DNA from: an uncultured Poribacteria bacterium
GTDB taxonomy: Bacteria > Poribacteria > WGA-4E > WGA-3G
Direction of reading: 5' to 3'
Assembly (NCBI GenBank): GCA_958296135.2
Contig: CATQHZ020000001.1
Coordinates: forward strand, 3,712,001-3,776,000
Length of the DNA stretch: 64,000 nucleotides
The notes under the pieces were generated by a model. The model made no database searches. It saw only the letters and a program-made list of their open reading frames with translations, and had not been told where the DNA came from. Shown here one piece after another: positions 1 to 9,783 of this stretch. Position 1 is the stretch's first letter; every line of letters begins with the position of its first letter. The translations under genes were made by a program, and so were the position numbers.

Positions 1-1
1 T

Positions 2-202
2 GAGGAAGACCCCCAAGTGACACTCGCTAAACTCGATACAATCGTGACTGAACAATTGGCCGCAGCTGATGATGCCCTGGAGGATTGGCGAGACATTGTC
101 CCCGAAGATGTAGAAGGGTTAACCCAAAACGGTGGTTTGATAACACAAGGAGGAATTGACAATGATGAAACCAATTCGCGGCAAAATCGCACGCGTGCTT
201 AA
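2..202 (+). CDS. 3' end of a hypothetical protein, truncated by the window edge
   Basis: Frame open from the window start to TAA 200-202; acidic sequence; overlaps the next gene start. Confidence 0.4.
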   Translation, partial: EEDPQVTLAKLDTIVTEQLAAADDALEDWRDIVPEDVEGLTQNGGLITQGGIDNDETNSRQNRTRA

Positions 203-647
203 CACACGCGAAATCGCGCTTAACGTCGGAACCGCACAAGGCGTAACCCTCGGCATGCGCTTTGACGTGATGGACTCCAGCGAGATGGATATAACTGACC
301 CTGACTCTGGCAAAGTGTTAGGTTCTCTAGAGCGCCCAAAAGTTAGGGTAGAAATTATCCACGTGCAAGAAGATTTGTCGGTGGCACAAACTCCAGAAAC
401 GAGTGTGAACGTCGGAGGCACCGGCTCCTTAATGAGCCTGGGTCCATTTGCTCGGTCTCTTATGCCGCCCAACTGGGTAACTAGGTATGAGACACTAAAG
501 AAAACAGCGAAAAACACGAAGGAGGAACTTGATGAGGAAGATAGCCTAGTGAAAACCGGCGACCCTGTCGTGCAAGTCCTTGAACCGGGTGCCGCGACTG
601 GCAATCAGGTCGTGCAAGTCCCTGAAACCAACGAGGCAAACCCATAG
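162..647 (+). CDS. Hypothetical protein (FlgT C-terminal-like beta domain)
   Basis: ORF with GGAGGA RBS; pattern GKIARV..REIALNVGTAQGVTLGMRFDV...DPDSGKVLG. Confidence 0.6.
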   Translation: MMKPIRGKIARVLNTREIALNVGTAQGVTLGMRFDVMDSSEMDITDPDSGKVLGSLERPKVRVEIIHVQEDLSVAQTPETSVNVGGTGSLMSLGPFARSLMPPNWVTRYETLKKTAKNTKEELDEEDSLVKTGDPVVQVLEPGAATGNQVVQVPETNEANP

Positions 648-722
648 GAGAGACCTTCCGCGTCTCAACTCCCCGGGCCCGACACCGGTAAACACAACCT
701 CACCGAAAACCCGAGGAACACT

Positions 723-2825
723 GTGCCACGACTCACCGAACAGGAACGACAAGAAGTCATCCGCTTCATCGAAGCAGACAAACCGCTCCCCGACAAATAC
801 CGCTTTCTGCTGTTTGAAGACACGCGCGAGGCCGAACTCCTCTGGAACGGCAAAACCGCTGAAGTCTGCAACACCGTACTGCCGTTCCAAACGCTTGAAC
901 GGGTGGATAACCCTCGCGCTGAAAAGCAGCCCGCGACGCAACCCGCGCTGTCTGACGAACGCGGCAGGCAGCTCAAAGGGTGGACCAACAAGCTCATCTG
1001 GGGCGATAACCGACTCATCTTGTCCTCTCTCAAAAACGGACCGGTGCGCGCGGAAATTGAGGCACAAGGCGGACTCAAAGTCGTCTACATCGATCCGCCC
1101 TTTGACAGCGGCGCGGATGTCCCCATGAATATTGAGATTGGCGGCAAGCAACCGAACATCCTCGAAGAAATCGCCTACCGGGACACCTGGGGCGAAGGTG
1201 CAGATTCATTCATCGCGATGCTCTACGAACGCCTAAACCTCATTCACGAACTGCTCGCCGAGGATGGAAGTATCTATGTGCATTGTGATTGGCGAGTCAA
1301 TAGCCTCATCCGCCTCGCAATGGACGAAATATTCGGGCAGGAAAACCTTGTTAATCAAATTGGGTGGACATACAAAACCGGCGGCACCCCAGAAAAAGTC
1401 GGTTTCGCAAAAAAACATGACCAGGTTTTGTTCTATGCTAAAGGGACAAAACCGATTTTCAACCCGCTTTATCAGAAATCTTATGTGCCAACGCTGCCCG
1501 AACCGCACACAAATTCAGGAAAGCGGCTCCGTGTCCAGCGCGACGAAGTCTGCGAACTCTGTAAAAACGGCGGACCCAGCGAGAAGTATCGGATGGTGAT
1601 TGCACGCGACGTTTGGGCCGATATCCCCGCTATCTACCGTAACGATTCGCAGCTCACTGACTATCCCACGCAAAAACCGGAGGCACTCCTTGAGCGCATT
1701 ATCAAAGCCTCTTCCAACGAAGGAGACCTGGTCGCCGACTTCTTCTGCGGCTCTGGCACTACCCCCGCTGTTGCCGAAAAGTTGGGCAGGAAATGGATCG
1801 CGGCAGACCTCGGGAAGTTCGCCATCCACACGACACGCAAACGGATGATAGGCGTGCAGCGTGAACGCAAGGCGGCCGGCGAAGACTACCGCGCTTTTGA
1901 AATCCTCAACTTCGGCAAATACGAACGGCAGTATTACATCGGAGTCAATCCGAACCTACGCAAGGCTGAGCAGCAGAAGCAGGAGAAGGCGTTTGTCGAC
2001 CTCATCTTGCGTGCTTACGCCACCGAAAGGACAGACAGGTTCCCGCCTTTTGATGGCGTGAAAGCGGGACGACTCGTGGCGGTCTGCCCCGTCAATTTAC
2101 CGGTGACGCGTCCGTGGGTGGAGGAGCTCATTTTGGCGTGTCTCAAGCATCGCGTCACTCGTATGGACGTTCTCGGTTTTGAGTTTGAGATAAACCTGTT
2201 CCCTACCGTGCTGGAGGCAGCGCGAAGCAAAGGCATTGACATTGCGCCGAGATACATCCCGGCTGACGTGTTTGACACGCGCGCAGTGGAACGGAATCAG
2301 GTGGTGTTCCACGATGTAGCGTTCATTGAGGCAAAACCGTTGGTGACACACAGCGAAAACGGCGCGCCTGTTACCGTCGCAGTAGAACTCACCGATTTCT
2401 CCGTTTTTTACTCACAAGATGCCATTACGCATGCCGAACAGACGCTCAAGAAACCGGGCAGTCGCATCGCCGTCGAGCAAGGACAAGTCGTGAAAGTCAC
2501 GCGAGATGCGGACAGAATTTTCCGCCGCGAAGTGTTAACGGAGCATTGGACGGATTGGATCGACTCCTGGGCTGTCGATTTTGACTTCGAGAGTCAGCGC
2601 GAGATTATTCGCGTGCAGCACCCCGAAACCGGGGAGTGGGCAGAGCAGTGGACAGGTGACTATGTCTTTGAGAACGAGTGGCAAAGTTTCCGCACGCGGA
2701 AGAACCGGGAGATGGAATTAACCAGCGCGCCTTATGAGTGCACACCGGGCCGTCGGAAACTTGCCGTTAAAGTGGTTGATATTTTCGGTAACGATACGAT
2801 GACGATTGTGGAGGTGTCGGTATGA
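723..2825 (+). CDS. Site-specific N6A/N4C DNA methyltransferase, Type III Mod-like
   Basis: LIWGDN, catalytic [23 protein letters not shown]-binding [10 protein letters not shown]-terminal [10 protein letters not shown]. Confidence 0.9.
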   Translation: MPRLTEQERQEVIRFIEADKPLPDKYRFLLFEDTREAELLWNGKTAEVCNTVLPFQTLERVDNPRAEKQPATQPALSDERGRQLKGWTNKLIWGDNRLILSSLKNGPVRAEIEAQGGLKVVYIDPPFDSGADVPMNIEIGGKQPNILEEIAYRDTWGEGADSFIAMLYERLNLIHELLAEDGSIYVHCDWRVNSLIRLAMDEIFGQENLVNQIGWTYKTGGTPEKVGFAKKHDQVLFYAKGTKPIFNPLYQKSYVPTLPEPHTNSGKRLRVQRDEVCELCKNGGPSEKYRMVIARDVWADIPAIYRNDSQLTDYPTQKPEALLERIIKASSNEGDLVADFFCGSGTTPAVAEKLGRKWIAADLGKFAIHTTRKRMIGVQRERKAAGEDYRAFEILNFGKYERQYYIGVNPNLRKAEQQKQEKAFVDLILRAYATERTDRFPPFDGVKAGRLVAVCPVNLPVTRPWVEELILACLKHRVTRMDVLGFEFEINLFPTVLEAARSKGIDIAPRYIPADVFDTRAVERNQVVFHDVAFIEAKPLVTHSENGAPVTVAVELTDFSVFYSQDAITHAEQTLKKPGSRIAVEQGQVVKVTRDADRIFRREVLTEHWTDWIDSWAVDFDFESQREIIRVQHPETGEWAEQWTGDYVFENEWQSFRTRKNREMELTSAPYECTPGRRKLAVKVVDIFGNDTMTIVEVSV

Positions 2826-2848
2826 GACCTTCTGCATTTAAGGAGATA

Positions 2849-3217
2849 ATGATGCAAGAAAATATGAGGATATCCATGTACGAAGTCGTGGGCGGACCCT
2901 TTTGCGTCGCTTCCGACGATGGACAGAAAATCTACGACCGGATTGCTGCCGCTCTGGCGGCAGACCGGGATGTTGCCCTCTCATTTCACAATGTCACGGC
3001 ACTGACCTCGGCTTTCCTTGATGCCGCAATTGGCCAGTTGTATGGGACATTCGGCGAAGACCAGATTCGTTCGCTGTTGAAGGTGGAGGACGTGGAACCG
3101 GATGACCTTGCGCTGGTGGAACGTGTGGTTGTCAACGCCAAACGTTACTTTGCAGACCCGCAGCGATTTGAAAGGGCATATCGCGAGGTAATGGGAGAAG
3201 ATGACGATGAACCATAA
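2849..3217 (+). CDS. STAS-like domain protein (DUF4325-like)
   Basis: Motifs CVASDDGQKIY and VALSFHNV..LTSAFLDAAIGQLYG; AAGGAG RBS before ATG 2849. Confidence 0.75.
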   Translation: MMQENMRISMYEVVGGPFCVASDDGQKIYDRIAAALAADRDVALSFHNVTALTSAFLDAAIGQLYGTFGEDQIRSLLKVEDVEPDDLALVERVVVNAKRYFADPQRFERAYREVMGEDDDEP

Positions 3218-3344
3218 AACCGAGGCGGTGGAGGACCACAACTTTACCGCCCAAGACAAGCTCTTTCTGGATGCCAATATCTGGTTGTATCTTCATGACC
3301 CTCAAAAACAGCACTGCTGTCAAGCAGATTATGAACCACTCTGA
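3207..3344 (+). pseudogene. Truncated PIN-domain protein (N-terminal 45 aa)
   Basis: Translates MNHKTEAVEDHNFTAQDKLFLDANIWLYLHDPQ...*; LFLDANIWLY matches the first PIN strand/Asp motif; overlaps the STAS-like gene end; stops early. Confidence 0.65.
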
Positions 3345-3401
3345 TTCGGCGTTAAACGCGGTGTGAGATTACCTTTGACACTCTTCGCAAAAAAAATAAA
3401 A

Positions 3402-3430
3402 TTGACTTTTCTGGTAAAATGCAGTATCAT
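3402..3430 (+). promoter_or_regulatory. sigma70-type promoter for the ATPase operon
   Basis: TTGACT-17 nt-TATCAT in an AT-rich intergenic region. Confidence 0.55.
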
Positions 3431-3545
3431 TTAAGATAAGTTTTATCAGAAGCAACTGGGGCGCGCTTCCCGATACGCCTCGGAATTACGCCAAACCTTC
3501 TTGATTAGGAAAGCTCGGAACGATGACAATTGTGGAGGTATCCGT

Positions 3546-4943
3546 ATGAGCCTGAAAATACAGGTAAAAAACCTTGGAATCTTAAAGCATGCCGAATTTT
3601 CGCTGGGCGATTTGACGATTATCTGCGGCGGAAATAACACCGGCAAAACTTATGCAACCTACGCGCTATACGGTTTCTTACGGAATTGGCGGGATCTTAT
3701 CCGTTTTTCTGTTAGCGATGCACAAATCCAAAGTCTACTGACAGAAGGTATCGTTAAGATTAAGTTGACAGACTATGTCAAAGACATTCGTCAGAGGCTT
3801 GCGATGGCGGCCAGGAAGTATACTGCTCAATTGGACACTGTTTTTGCAGCACCTGAGGGCACGTTTCGTAACAGCAGGTTTCAAGTTCAGTCAGGTTCTA
3901 TTGACTTACTTGATAGAGAGTCCGAAGGAACAATGTCAATTGGCAGAGTCCCACTTTTTACCTATTCTAAAAGAAAAGGGAGTGAAGAACTGATAATTGC
4001 ACTATCAATGGAAAGGGACTTGGAAAAAGAGACAGAGCCTAGTTTGGCAGCGAGTGCTATTCGCTTCGCTCTCAACAAGACCATTTTTTCCGATGCTTTC
4101 CCAAACGCCTTTATCTCCTCGGCCGAACGCACCGGTGTCGCCATTTTTAGCAAAGAATTAAATTTTGCTCGCAACCGCCTCCTTGAGGAAATGGGACAAT
4201 CGGACAAAAAGATTAATCTGCGGGTATTGCTATCCAAAGCATACCAAAGTTACCCTTTGCCGATTGAAGACAATGTGGACTTTACGCGCCAACTTGAAGA
4301 TGTTGCGAAAAGAAAAAGTTTTCTCGCCAAAGAGCACCCTGAGGTGCTGGAAGACTTCGCTGACATCATCGGTGGCGATTACGACGTAACGCAAAATGAC
4401 CAGGTCTACTATGTCCCTAAAGGAACACGACGCAGATTGACCATGGTTGAGAGTTCAAGTGCTGTGCGCTCACTCTTGGACCTCGGTTTCTATCTGCGCT
4501 GTGTCGCGAAAAAAGGCGACCTGCTGATGGTAGATGAGCCGGAATTGAACCTTCATCCGGCAAACCAGCGGCGCGTCGCTAGGCTCTTCGCGCGGCTCGT
4601 AAATAGCGGTGTGAAAGTCTTTATCACCACGCATAGCGACTACATCGTCAAAGAACTGAATACGCTCATCATGCTCAACCACGATGATAAGCCGCACCTG
4701 AAGCGAATCACCGAGGAAAATGGCTATCGGCGCGATGAATTGATTAAGGCAGCCCAGGTCAAGGTGTATATGGCGAAAGAGGAGTTGCTGCCCTTGGAAG
4801 AAGGGCAGAAAAGACGGAGAAGGGGGCTCACTTTCGTACCCGCAGATATCCATCCGCGCTTTGGCATCGAAGCCGCCACGTTTGACGATACGATTGACGA
4901 CATGAACCGCATCCAAGGAGACATCGTCTGGGGGGCAGAGTGA
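3546..4943 (+). CDS. AAA/ABC-type ATPase (AAA_15/AAA_21-like), probable defence component
   Basis: Walker A GGNNTGKT, signature-like ESSSAVRS, Walker B/D-loop LMVDEPELNLHP, H-loop ITTHS; GGAGG RBS. Confidence 0.85.
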   Translation: MSLKIQVKNLGILKHAEFSLGDLTIICGGNNTGKTYATYALYGFLRNWRDLIRFSVSDAQIQSLLTEGIVKIKLTDYVKDIRQRLAMAARKYTAQLDTVFAAPEGTFRNSRFQVQSGSIDLLDRESEGTMSIGRVPLFTYSKRKGSEELIIALSMERDLEKETEPSLAASAIRFALNKTIFSDAFPNAFISSAERTGVAIFSKELNFARNRLLEEMGQSDKKINLRVLLSKAYQSYPLPIEDNVDFTRQLEDVAKRKSFLAKEHPEVLEDFADIIGGDYDVTQNDQVYYVPKGTRRRLTMVESSSAVRSLLDLGFYLRCVAKKGDLLMVDEPELNLHPANQRRVARLFARLVNSGVKVFITTHSDYIVKELNTLIMLNHDDKPHLKRITEENGYRRDELIKAAQVKVYMAKEELLPLEEGQKRRRRGLTFVPADIHPRFGIEAATFDDTIDDMNRIQGDIVWGAE

Positions 4944-5521
4944 GGATAGTGAACGATATTGAAATCTTACGGGAAATGTTCCACCCTGCTGCCTTAGTCG
5001 CGCTTCGACCGGGGCAAGGTAAACCTGCTGTTGAACTAACAGACGCAAAGGCTGACACGACTGTCCAAATAAAGGGATTACCTCATGAGTCTGTCGTTAT
5101 CAGAGCAGAGGATTTTGAAGTCCCCTGGACCGTCTTTCGTTCTATAAACGGCCAACGCAAGCGAGCCGATTTCGTGATTGTAGCCAACGAAGATGCTAAG
5201 AGGTGGATTATCTATATTGAGACGCAAGCGGGCAATTATAAAACTGCAGCGCACATTATAGAACAATTAAAGGGGGCGCAGTGCTTCATCGGTTACTGCA
5301 AGTGTATCGGAAAGTCGTTCTGGGAATCAGAAGAATTTCTTGACGGCTATGAGTCCCGGTTCGTAAACATCGCCGGGCTTAACCTTGAAAAGCAAGGAAC
5401 CCGTTCCTACTCTCCCCACATTCAGTCCAAAGGGAAATTGCATGACACTCCTAACGCGTTTCTGAAAGTTTTAGGGAGTCCGAATCTCTATTTTCGTCAT
5501 TTAACCCAAGTTCCAAGGTAA
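4940..5521 (+). CDS. Hypothetical protein, putative PD-(D/E)xK-like nuclease fold
   Basis: GTGA overlap with the ATPase stop; KRADFVIV...IIYIETQ and EQLKGAQC pattern. Confidence 0.55.
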   Translation: MRIVNDIEILREMFHPAALVALRPGQGKPAVELTDAKADTTVQIKGLPHESVVIRAEDFEVPWTVFRSINGQRKRADFVIVANEDAKRWIIYIETQAGNYKTAAHIIEQLKGAQCFIGYCKCIGKSFWESEEFLDGYESRFVNIAGLNLEKQGTRSYSPHIQSKGKLHDTPNAFLKVLGSPNLYFRHLTQVPR

Positions 5522-5601
5522 AAATCGGTGCGCTGCAATGATACAGCGCACCGATCAGCCCAAAAATCCGCGGTCTCCGGTATGCGGCAGACGCGCCCCC
5601 A

Positions 5602-6525
5602 CTACTCCCAAACTCCAACCTCCCGCAGAATCGACTTCTTCACCTTGCATACCATCGTATACGCCGGATCGAAGACGTTGCCCATATCATACTGCACCGC
5701 CTGTCCCAACAAGATGTGCGCCGCGCGCTTCTTCAAACCGAGCTCGCCAAGCCAACGCACGAGCTCCGTCGTCGCATGCTGAACCGCCTGAGCCAACGGC
5801 CGCGCATTGCCCGCCGTGAGGATATAGTCCGCATTCTCCGCACGCGGCCAGTTAATGCTTTTCCCTTTGATAACGTTCACCGTAAACTGCACGTCAAAGG
5901 AAATTTCTACCCCCGTGCCGACGATTTCGCCATCGCCCTGCACCGCATGCCCATCGCCGAGGTGAAACAACGCACCCGCCACAAAAACCGGCAAGTAGAC
6001 TGTCACTCCCTCCTGAAAACCGCGGTAGTCCATGTTACCGCCGTGCGTCGAGGAAGTCGCTGTCGAAATCGCCTGGCCACGCGGCGGTGCAACCCCGAAA
6101 CAGCCTACCATCGGTTCAAGCGGCAGCGTGAATGCACCCAGCTGCGTCTGAGGGGATAGCAACGTCGCTGTCCATTTCTCAACGTCAACGTGCCATTCCG
6201 CGCGGCCGCCCGCCGGCATCTCGGCAGCGACATACCCCGGGTCAAGGACATTCGGCGCAATGACGGTGGCAGTCCGCCCAATCTTACGGTTCGGAAGAAT
6301 CCGGTCGAAATGCACCGTTAACGTATCTCCCGGTTCCGCCGATTCAATATAGAAAGGCCCCGTCTGTGGGTTGCCGCCCGGCGTAACCTGCGTGTCGGTG
6401 GCATCGTAGCCGGCGTTGTCCACCGTTGTCGTGAAGACGGTGTCGCCGCTCTCGATGTGTAGCACCGGCTCGTGCGCGCCGAGCGCGGTGTGATAGTGCG
6501 TCGGTTGAAAATGATGAATCGCCAT
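5602..6525 (-). CDS. Acetamidase/formamidase family protein
   Basis: NPQTGPFYIESAEPGDTL, HGGNMD and LGDGHAVQGDGE motifs. Confidence 0.9.
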   Translation of the reverse strand: MAIHHFQPTHYHTALGAHEPVLHIESGDTVFTTTVDNAGYDATDTQVTPGGNPQTGPFYIESAEPGDTLTVHFDRILPNRKIGRTATVIAPNVLDPGYVAAEMPAGGRAEWHVDVEKWTATLLSPQTQLGAFTLPLEPMVGCFGVAPPRGQAISTATSSTHGGNMDYRGFQEGVTVYLPVFVAGALFHLGDGHAVQGDGEIVGTGVEISFDVQFTVNVIKGKSINWPRAENADYILTAGNARPLAQAVQHATTELVRWLGELGLKKRAAHILLGQAVQYDMGNVFDPAYTMVCKVKKSILREVGVWE

Positions 6526-6547
6526 TTTAAACACCTCGCTAAAAAAC

Positions 6548-6576
6548 TTGACAAAATCTCTTCTTCGTGGTAAATT
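6548..6576 (+). promoter_or_regulatory. sigma70-type promoter
   Basis: TTGACA-17 nt-TAAATT with an extended TG, upstream of the protease gene. Confidence 0.6.
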
Positions 6577-6614
6577 GAATTAAAAATAAAAAATAGGAAC
6601 TTGAAAGGATAACA

Positions 6615-8024
6615 ATGAACTTCAAACAGAGACTTATCGCGCTGTGCGTGTGGCTTATCCCGATAGCCTATGCGCACGCAGCACACAACTGGACAGAGCA
6701 GATCGCCGCCTTTAAACCGATGGTGGTGAACGTGGAGACTTCGTCCGAAGTCGTCTTTGAAACGGAGACGAAAGGCACCAATTTCGCAACCGGCTTCGTC
6801 GTCGATGCCGAACGCGGCATCATCGCGACGAATCGGCACGTGACAGGCAGCAGCCCCGCCTACGTCAAAATCAACTTTCACGATGGCAGCTTCACCGAGG
6901 CGCGCATCCTCCACTACGATGCCACGCATGACTTCGGGTTCTATCAGATTAACCCCGCCGAAGTTGAATTTGAAATCCAAGCCGTCGAAATCGGCGCATG
7001 GGATGAACTCTCCCTCGGCGATGAACTCCTGCTCATCGGCAACAACGACAAGGAGGAGTATTCCATTAAATTCGGCACCGTCGCCAACCTCAACGTCAAC
7101 AAAGGCGACAGGCATTCCAGCTACATCCACACCACGTTTGACCGGACTGGCGGCTCCAGCGGCAGCCCGGTGTGGAATACGGCGGGAGAAGTCATCGCTA
7201 TTCACGCGCGCGGCACCGATACCTCCAGCTTTGAATTGCCTGTCGACTATCTCATCGATGCCCTAGAGTTAATTCGCAATGAGATACCGATTCAGCGCGG
7301 CGAAATCGGCGTAGACCTCGAGCTTATCTCCATCGGCGAGGCGATTAAACACTTTAATTTCCCCGCGGCACTGCGGAAGGAAATCGGGCCATCCAAAGCC
7401 GGCACGCCGAAGGTGATTCAGATTGAATCCATGGTCCCGCGCACAACGGGCGAAACGATGCTTCGCGCCTCCGACATTATCTATCGCATTAACGAACAAC
7501 TCATCAAGGATGATCTGTATACTTTTGACGCTGTGTTAGACCGGCACGTCGGCAAAACGGTCAACTTGGACATCTATCGGAACGGCGAGAACCTCCGCCT
7601 TGACGTTCCTGTTGAAGACCTGGAATTAAAGAAGGTTCGCCGCTTCGTCCGGTTTGGCGGCGCGGTTTTCCACGACATTACCCCGCAGCTGCGGCGCATG
7701 CTCTACCTTGAGGCGGACGGTGTCTATTTGCCGCACGCTGTCGCCGGTAGTAGTTTCTCCCGCGTCGGTTTGCAGGAACGGAACGGCAATTCTAAAGTCG
7801 TCATCCTCAATATCAACGGCAAGCAGATTCGCCATTTAGACGATTTCATTGCGGCATGCCAAACCATTTCCGATGGACAGCACACCTACGTTGTCGTCCG
7901 AGATTTCAACCTGTTTGACAGCTCCCCAACGCCGAAAAGTTTGACGGTGAACCTCAAATTCGGTCCGCTGCAACAGTTTGAGTGGAATCCGGACGCGTTG
8001 GATTGGGTGAACGTGCCGGAATAA
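6615..8024 (+). CDS. Secreted trypsin-like serine protease with PDZ domains (HtrA/Nma111-like)
   Basis: Signal peptide; triad motifs ATNRHV, HDFGF, GGSSGSPV; C-terminal PDZ-like regions. Confidence 0.88.
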   Translation: MNFKQRLIALCVWLIPIAYAHAAHNWTEQIAAFKPMVVNVETSSEVVFETETKGTNFATGFVVDAERGIIATNRHVTGSSPAYVKINFHDGSFTEARILHYDATHDFGFYQINPAEVEFEIQAVEIGAWDELSLGDELLLIGNNDKEEYSIKFGTVANLNVNKGDRHSSYIHTTFDRTGGSSGSPVWNTAGEVIAIHARGTDTSSFELPVDYLIDALELIRNEIPIQRGEIGVDLELISIGEAIKHFNFPAALRKEIGPSKAGTPKVIQIESMVPRTTGETMLRASDIIYRINEQLIKDDLYTFDAVLDRHVGKTVNLDIYRNGENLRLDVPVEDLELKKVRRFVRFGGAVFHDITPQLRRMLYLEADGVYLPHAVAGSSFSRVGLQERNGNSKVVILNINGKQIRHLDDFIAACQTISDGQHTYVVVRDFNLFDSSPTPKSLTVNLKFGPLQQFEWNPDALDWVNVPE

Positions 8025-8936
8025 CTAAAACCGCAATTCCGCAGAGACGAAATCTGATGCGAAACGCTTCTCGAAAATGCGGGCATAGTCGATGCGGATG
8101 CCTTTCCACGCGATGCCTATCCCGGCAGTGACATCGCCGTTTGAACTGCCGAGTCGGATAGGCAGATTCGGGAAGAGGTGCCACTCCGCGCCGAGGTAAA
8201 GTTCCGGCGTTTCGCCTTCGGTAGAAAGGGCGACATCAACCGAGAATTCAAAGGTTGCAGGGTTAAAAACCCCGCCTACCGATGTTATATCCGCAGCATA
8301 GCGGTATGCTGTGCCGAAGGTTATCCAGTGGACCCCGTGTCCATCAAGGTTTTGCAAAAGGCACCCGAATTTGAAGTCTGCGCGCGGTTTGATAAGCACG
8401 CCGATGTCATACGCTGTCTCGTAACCGAAAAATTGATACACATCTGACGGGTGTCGCCGTTTGAATTTGAGGCTCGCGCCGAGGGCGGTGTAGGAACCGA
8501 TTTGATATGCAACGCCGTAATAGTTAAAATCGGGAACGCCGCTATCAACGCCGAGGGCGATTTTGTTGCCCCAGAAGAGCCCATATCCCCGGTAACTATA
8601 GCCGATGCCCTTCGGATCGAAGCGGTAATCACGTCTGTCGTGGAATTTATTGACACCGAAGAGTTTCACGCCCTGCCCCTGAATGAGCCCCGCGGGGTTC
8701 CAAAACCCGGCGGTGGCATCGTCTGCAACGGCGGTGAACGCGTTGCCCCTGCCGAGTGCCCGCGCACCGACGTAGAGGGGACGCGCCAATTCAAACGGCA
8801 TTTTCTCTCGCGACGTGGGAGTCTCTCCACTCGCGGGAATTATCAGCCACAAAAGGCACGCTATAAATAGGCAGTGCCTAACGGCACTATTATCGGAACC
8901 GTGGACGACATACATGAAAAGATACGCGGTTTTCAT
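8025..8936 (-). CDS. Outer-membrane beta-barrel protein, PorV/PorQ-like
   Basis: GARALGRGNAFTAVADDATAGFWNPAGL motif; alternating beta strands; C-terminal Phe. Confidence 0.65.
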   Translation of the reverse strand: MKTAYLFMYVVHGSDNSAVRHCLFIACLLWLIIPASGETPTSREKMPFELARPLYVGARALGRGNAFTAVADDATAGFWNPAGLIQGQGVKLFGVNKFHDRRDYRFDPKGIGYSYRGYGLFWGNKIALGVDSGVPDFNYYGVAYQIGSYTALGASLKFKRRHPSDVYQFFGYETAYDIGVLIKPRADFKFGCLLQNLDGHGVHWITFGTAYRYAADITSVGGVFNPATFEFSVDVALSTEGETPELYLGAEWHLFPNLPIRLGSSNGDVTAGIGIAWKGIRIDYARIFEKRFASDFVSAELRF

Positions 8937-9080
8937 ATTTTTGCGTTGTTTAGCACGGCGAGGGAAACCCTCGGCGATTCGTGAGCACCGGGCCTTCGCC
9001 CGCTACGTCCTTCGGAGTTTGTCTTCCTAAGTTGTATTGGCTTTGTCACTGCTTGCATATCTGTTCAATTTTAGCACAAA

Positions 9081-9773
9081 ATGCATGATAATTCAACCGG
9101 CCCGCTTTACCTCGTCAGCACACCGATTGGGAATTTAGAGGACATCACGCTGCGCGCCTTGCGTATCCTCAAGGAGGTAACGCTCATCGCAGCGGAGGAT
9201 ACGCGTCTGACACGCCGCCTGCTAACGCATTACCAGATTCAAACCCCGGTAACCAGTTATTTTGAAGGGAATCAGCAGGCGAAGCGCGACAAACTGCTCG
9301 CACGCCTGAAAAATGGAGACACAATCGCGCTCGTTTCGGACGCTGGCACGCCGACTATTTCCGACCCGGGCTACCCACTTTTACAAGGCTGCATCGCCGA
9401 AGGTATCCCCATCGTGCCTATTCCAGGCGCATCGGCGGTGATTACGGCGGCGGCCGTCTCCGGCCTGCCGCTGCATCACTTTACCTTTGCAGGCTTCCTA
9501 TCACCAAAAGCCGGAAAACGGAAACGACAATTAACTGAACTCAAAACCGAAAAAAGAACGTTAATCTTGTTTGAATCGCCGCATCGGCTCGTCCGTTTTC
9601 TGGAGGATGTGCTCGAAGTGATGGGCGAACGCGACATCGTCATCGCACGCGAACTGACGAAGCGGTTTGAGGAGATTAGCCGCGGCTGCGTCACAGAACT
9701 GTTAGAAAAATTTCAGAACACCGCGCCTCGCGGCGAATTTACTATCGTGATTGCTCCAGATGGGAGCAAATAG
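9081..9773 (+). CDS. rsmI: 16S rRNA (cytidine1402-2'-O)-methyltransferase
   Basis: LYLVSTPIGNLEDITLRA, AEDTR, SDAGTPTISDPG, FESPHR, RELTK motifs. Confidence 0.95.
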   Translation: MHDNSTGPLYLVSTPIGNLEDITLRALRILKEVTLIAAEDTRLTRRLLTHYQIQTPVTSYFEGNQQAKRDKLLARLKNGDTIALVSDAGTPTISDPGYPLLQGCIAEGIPIVPIPGASAVITAAAVSGLPLHHFTFAGFLSPKAGKRKRQLTELKTEKRTLILFESPHRLVRFLEDVLEVMGERDIVIARELTKRFEEISRGCVTELLEKFQNTAPRGEFTIVIAPDGSK

Positions 9774-9783
9774 GAAGAAAAAA

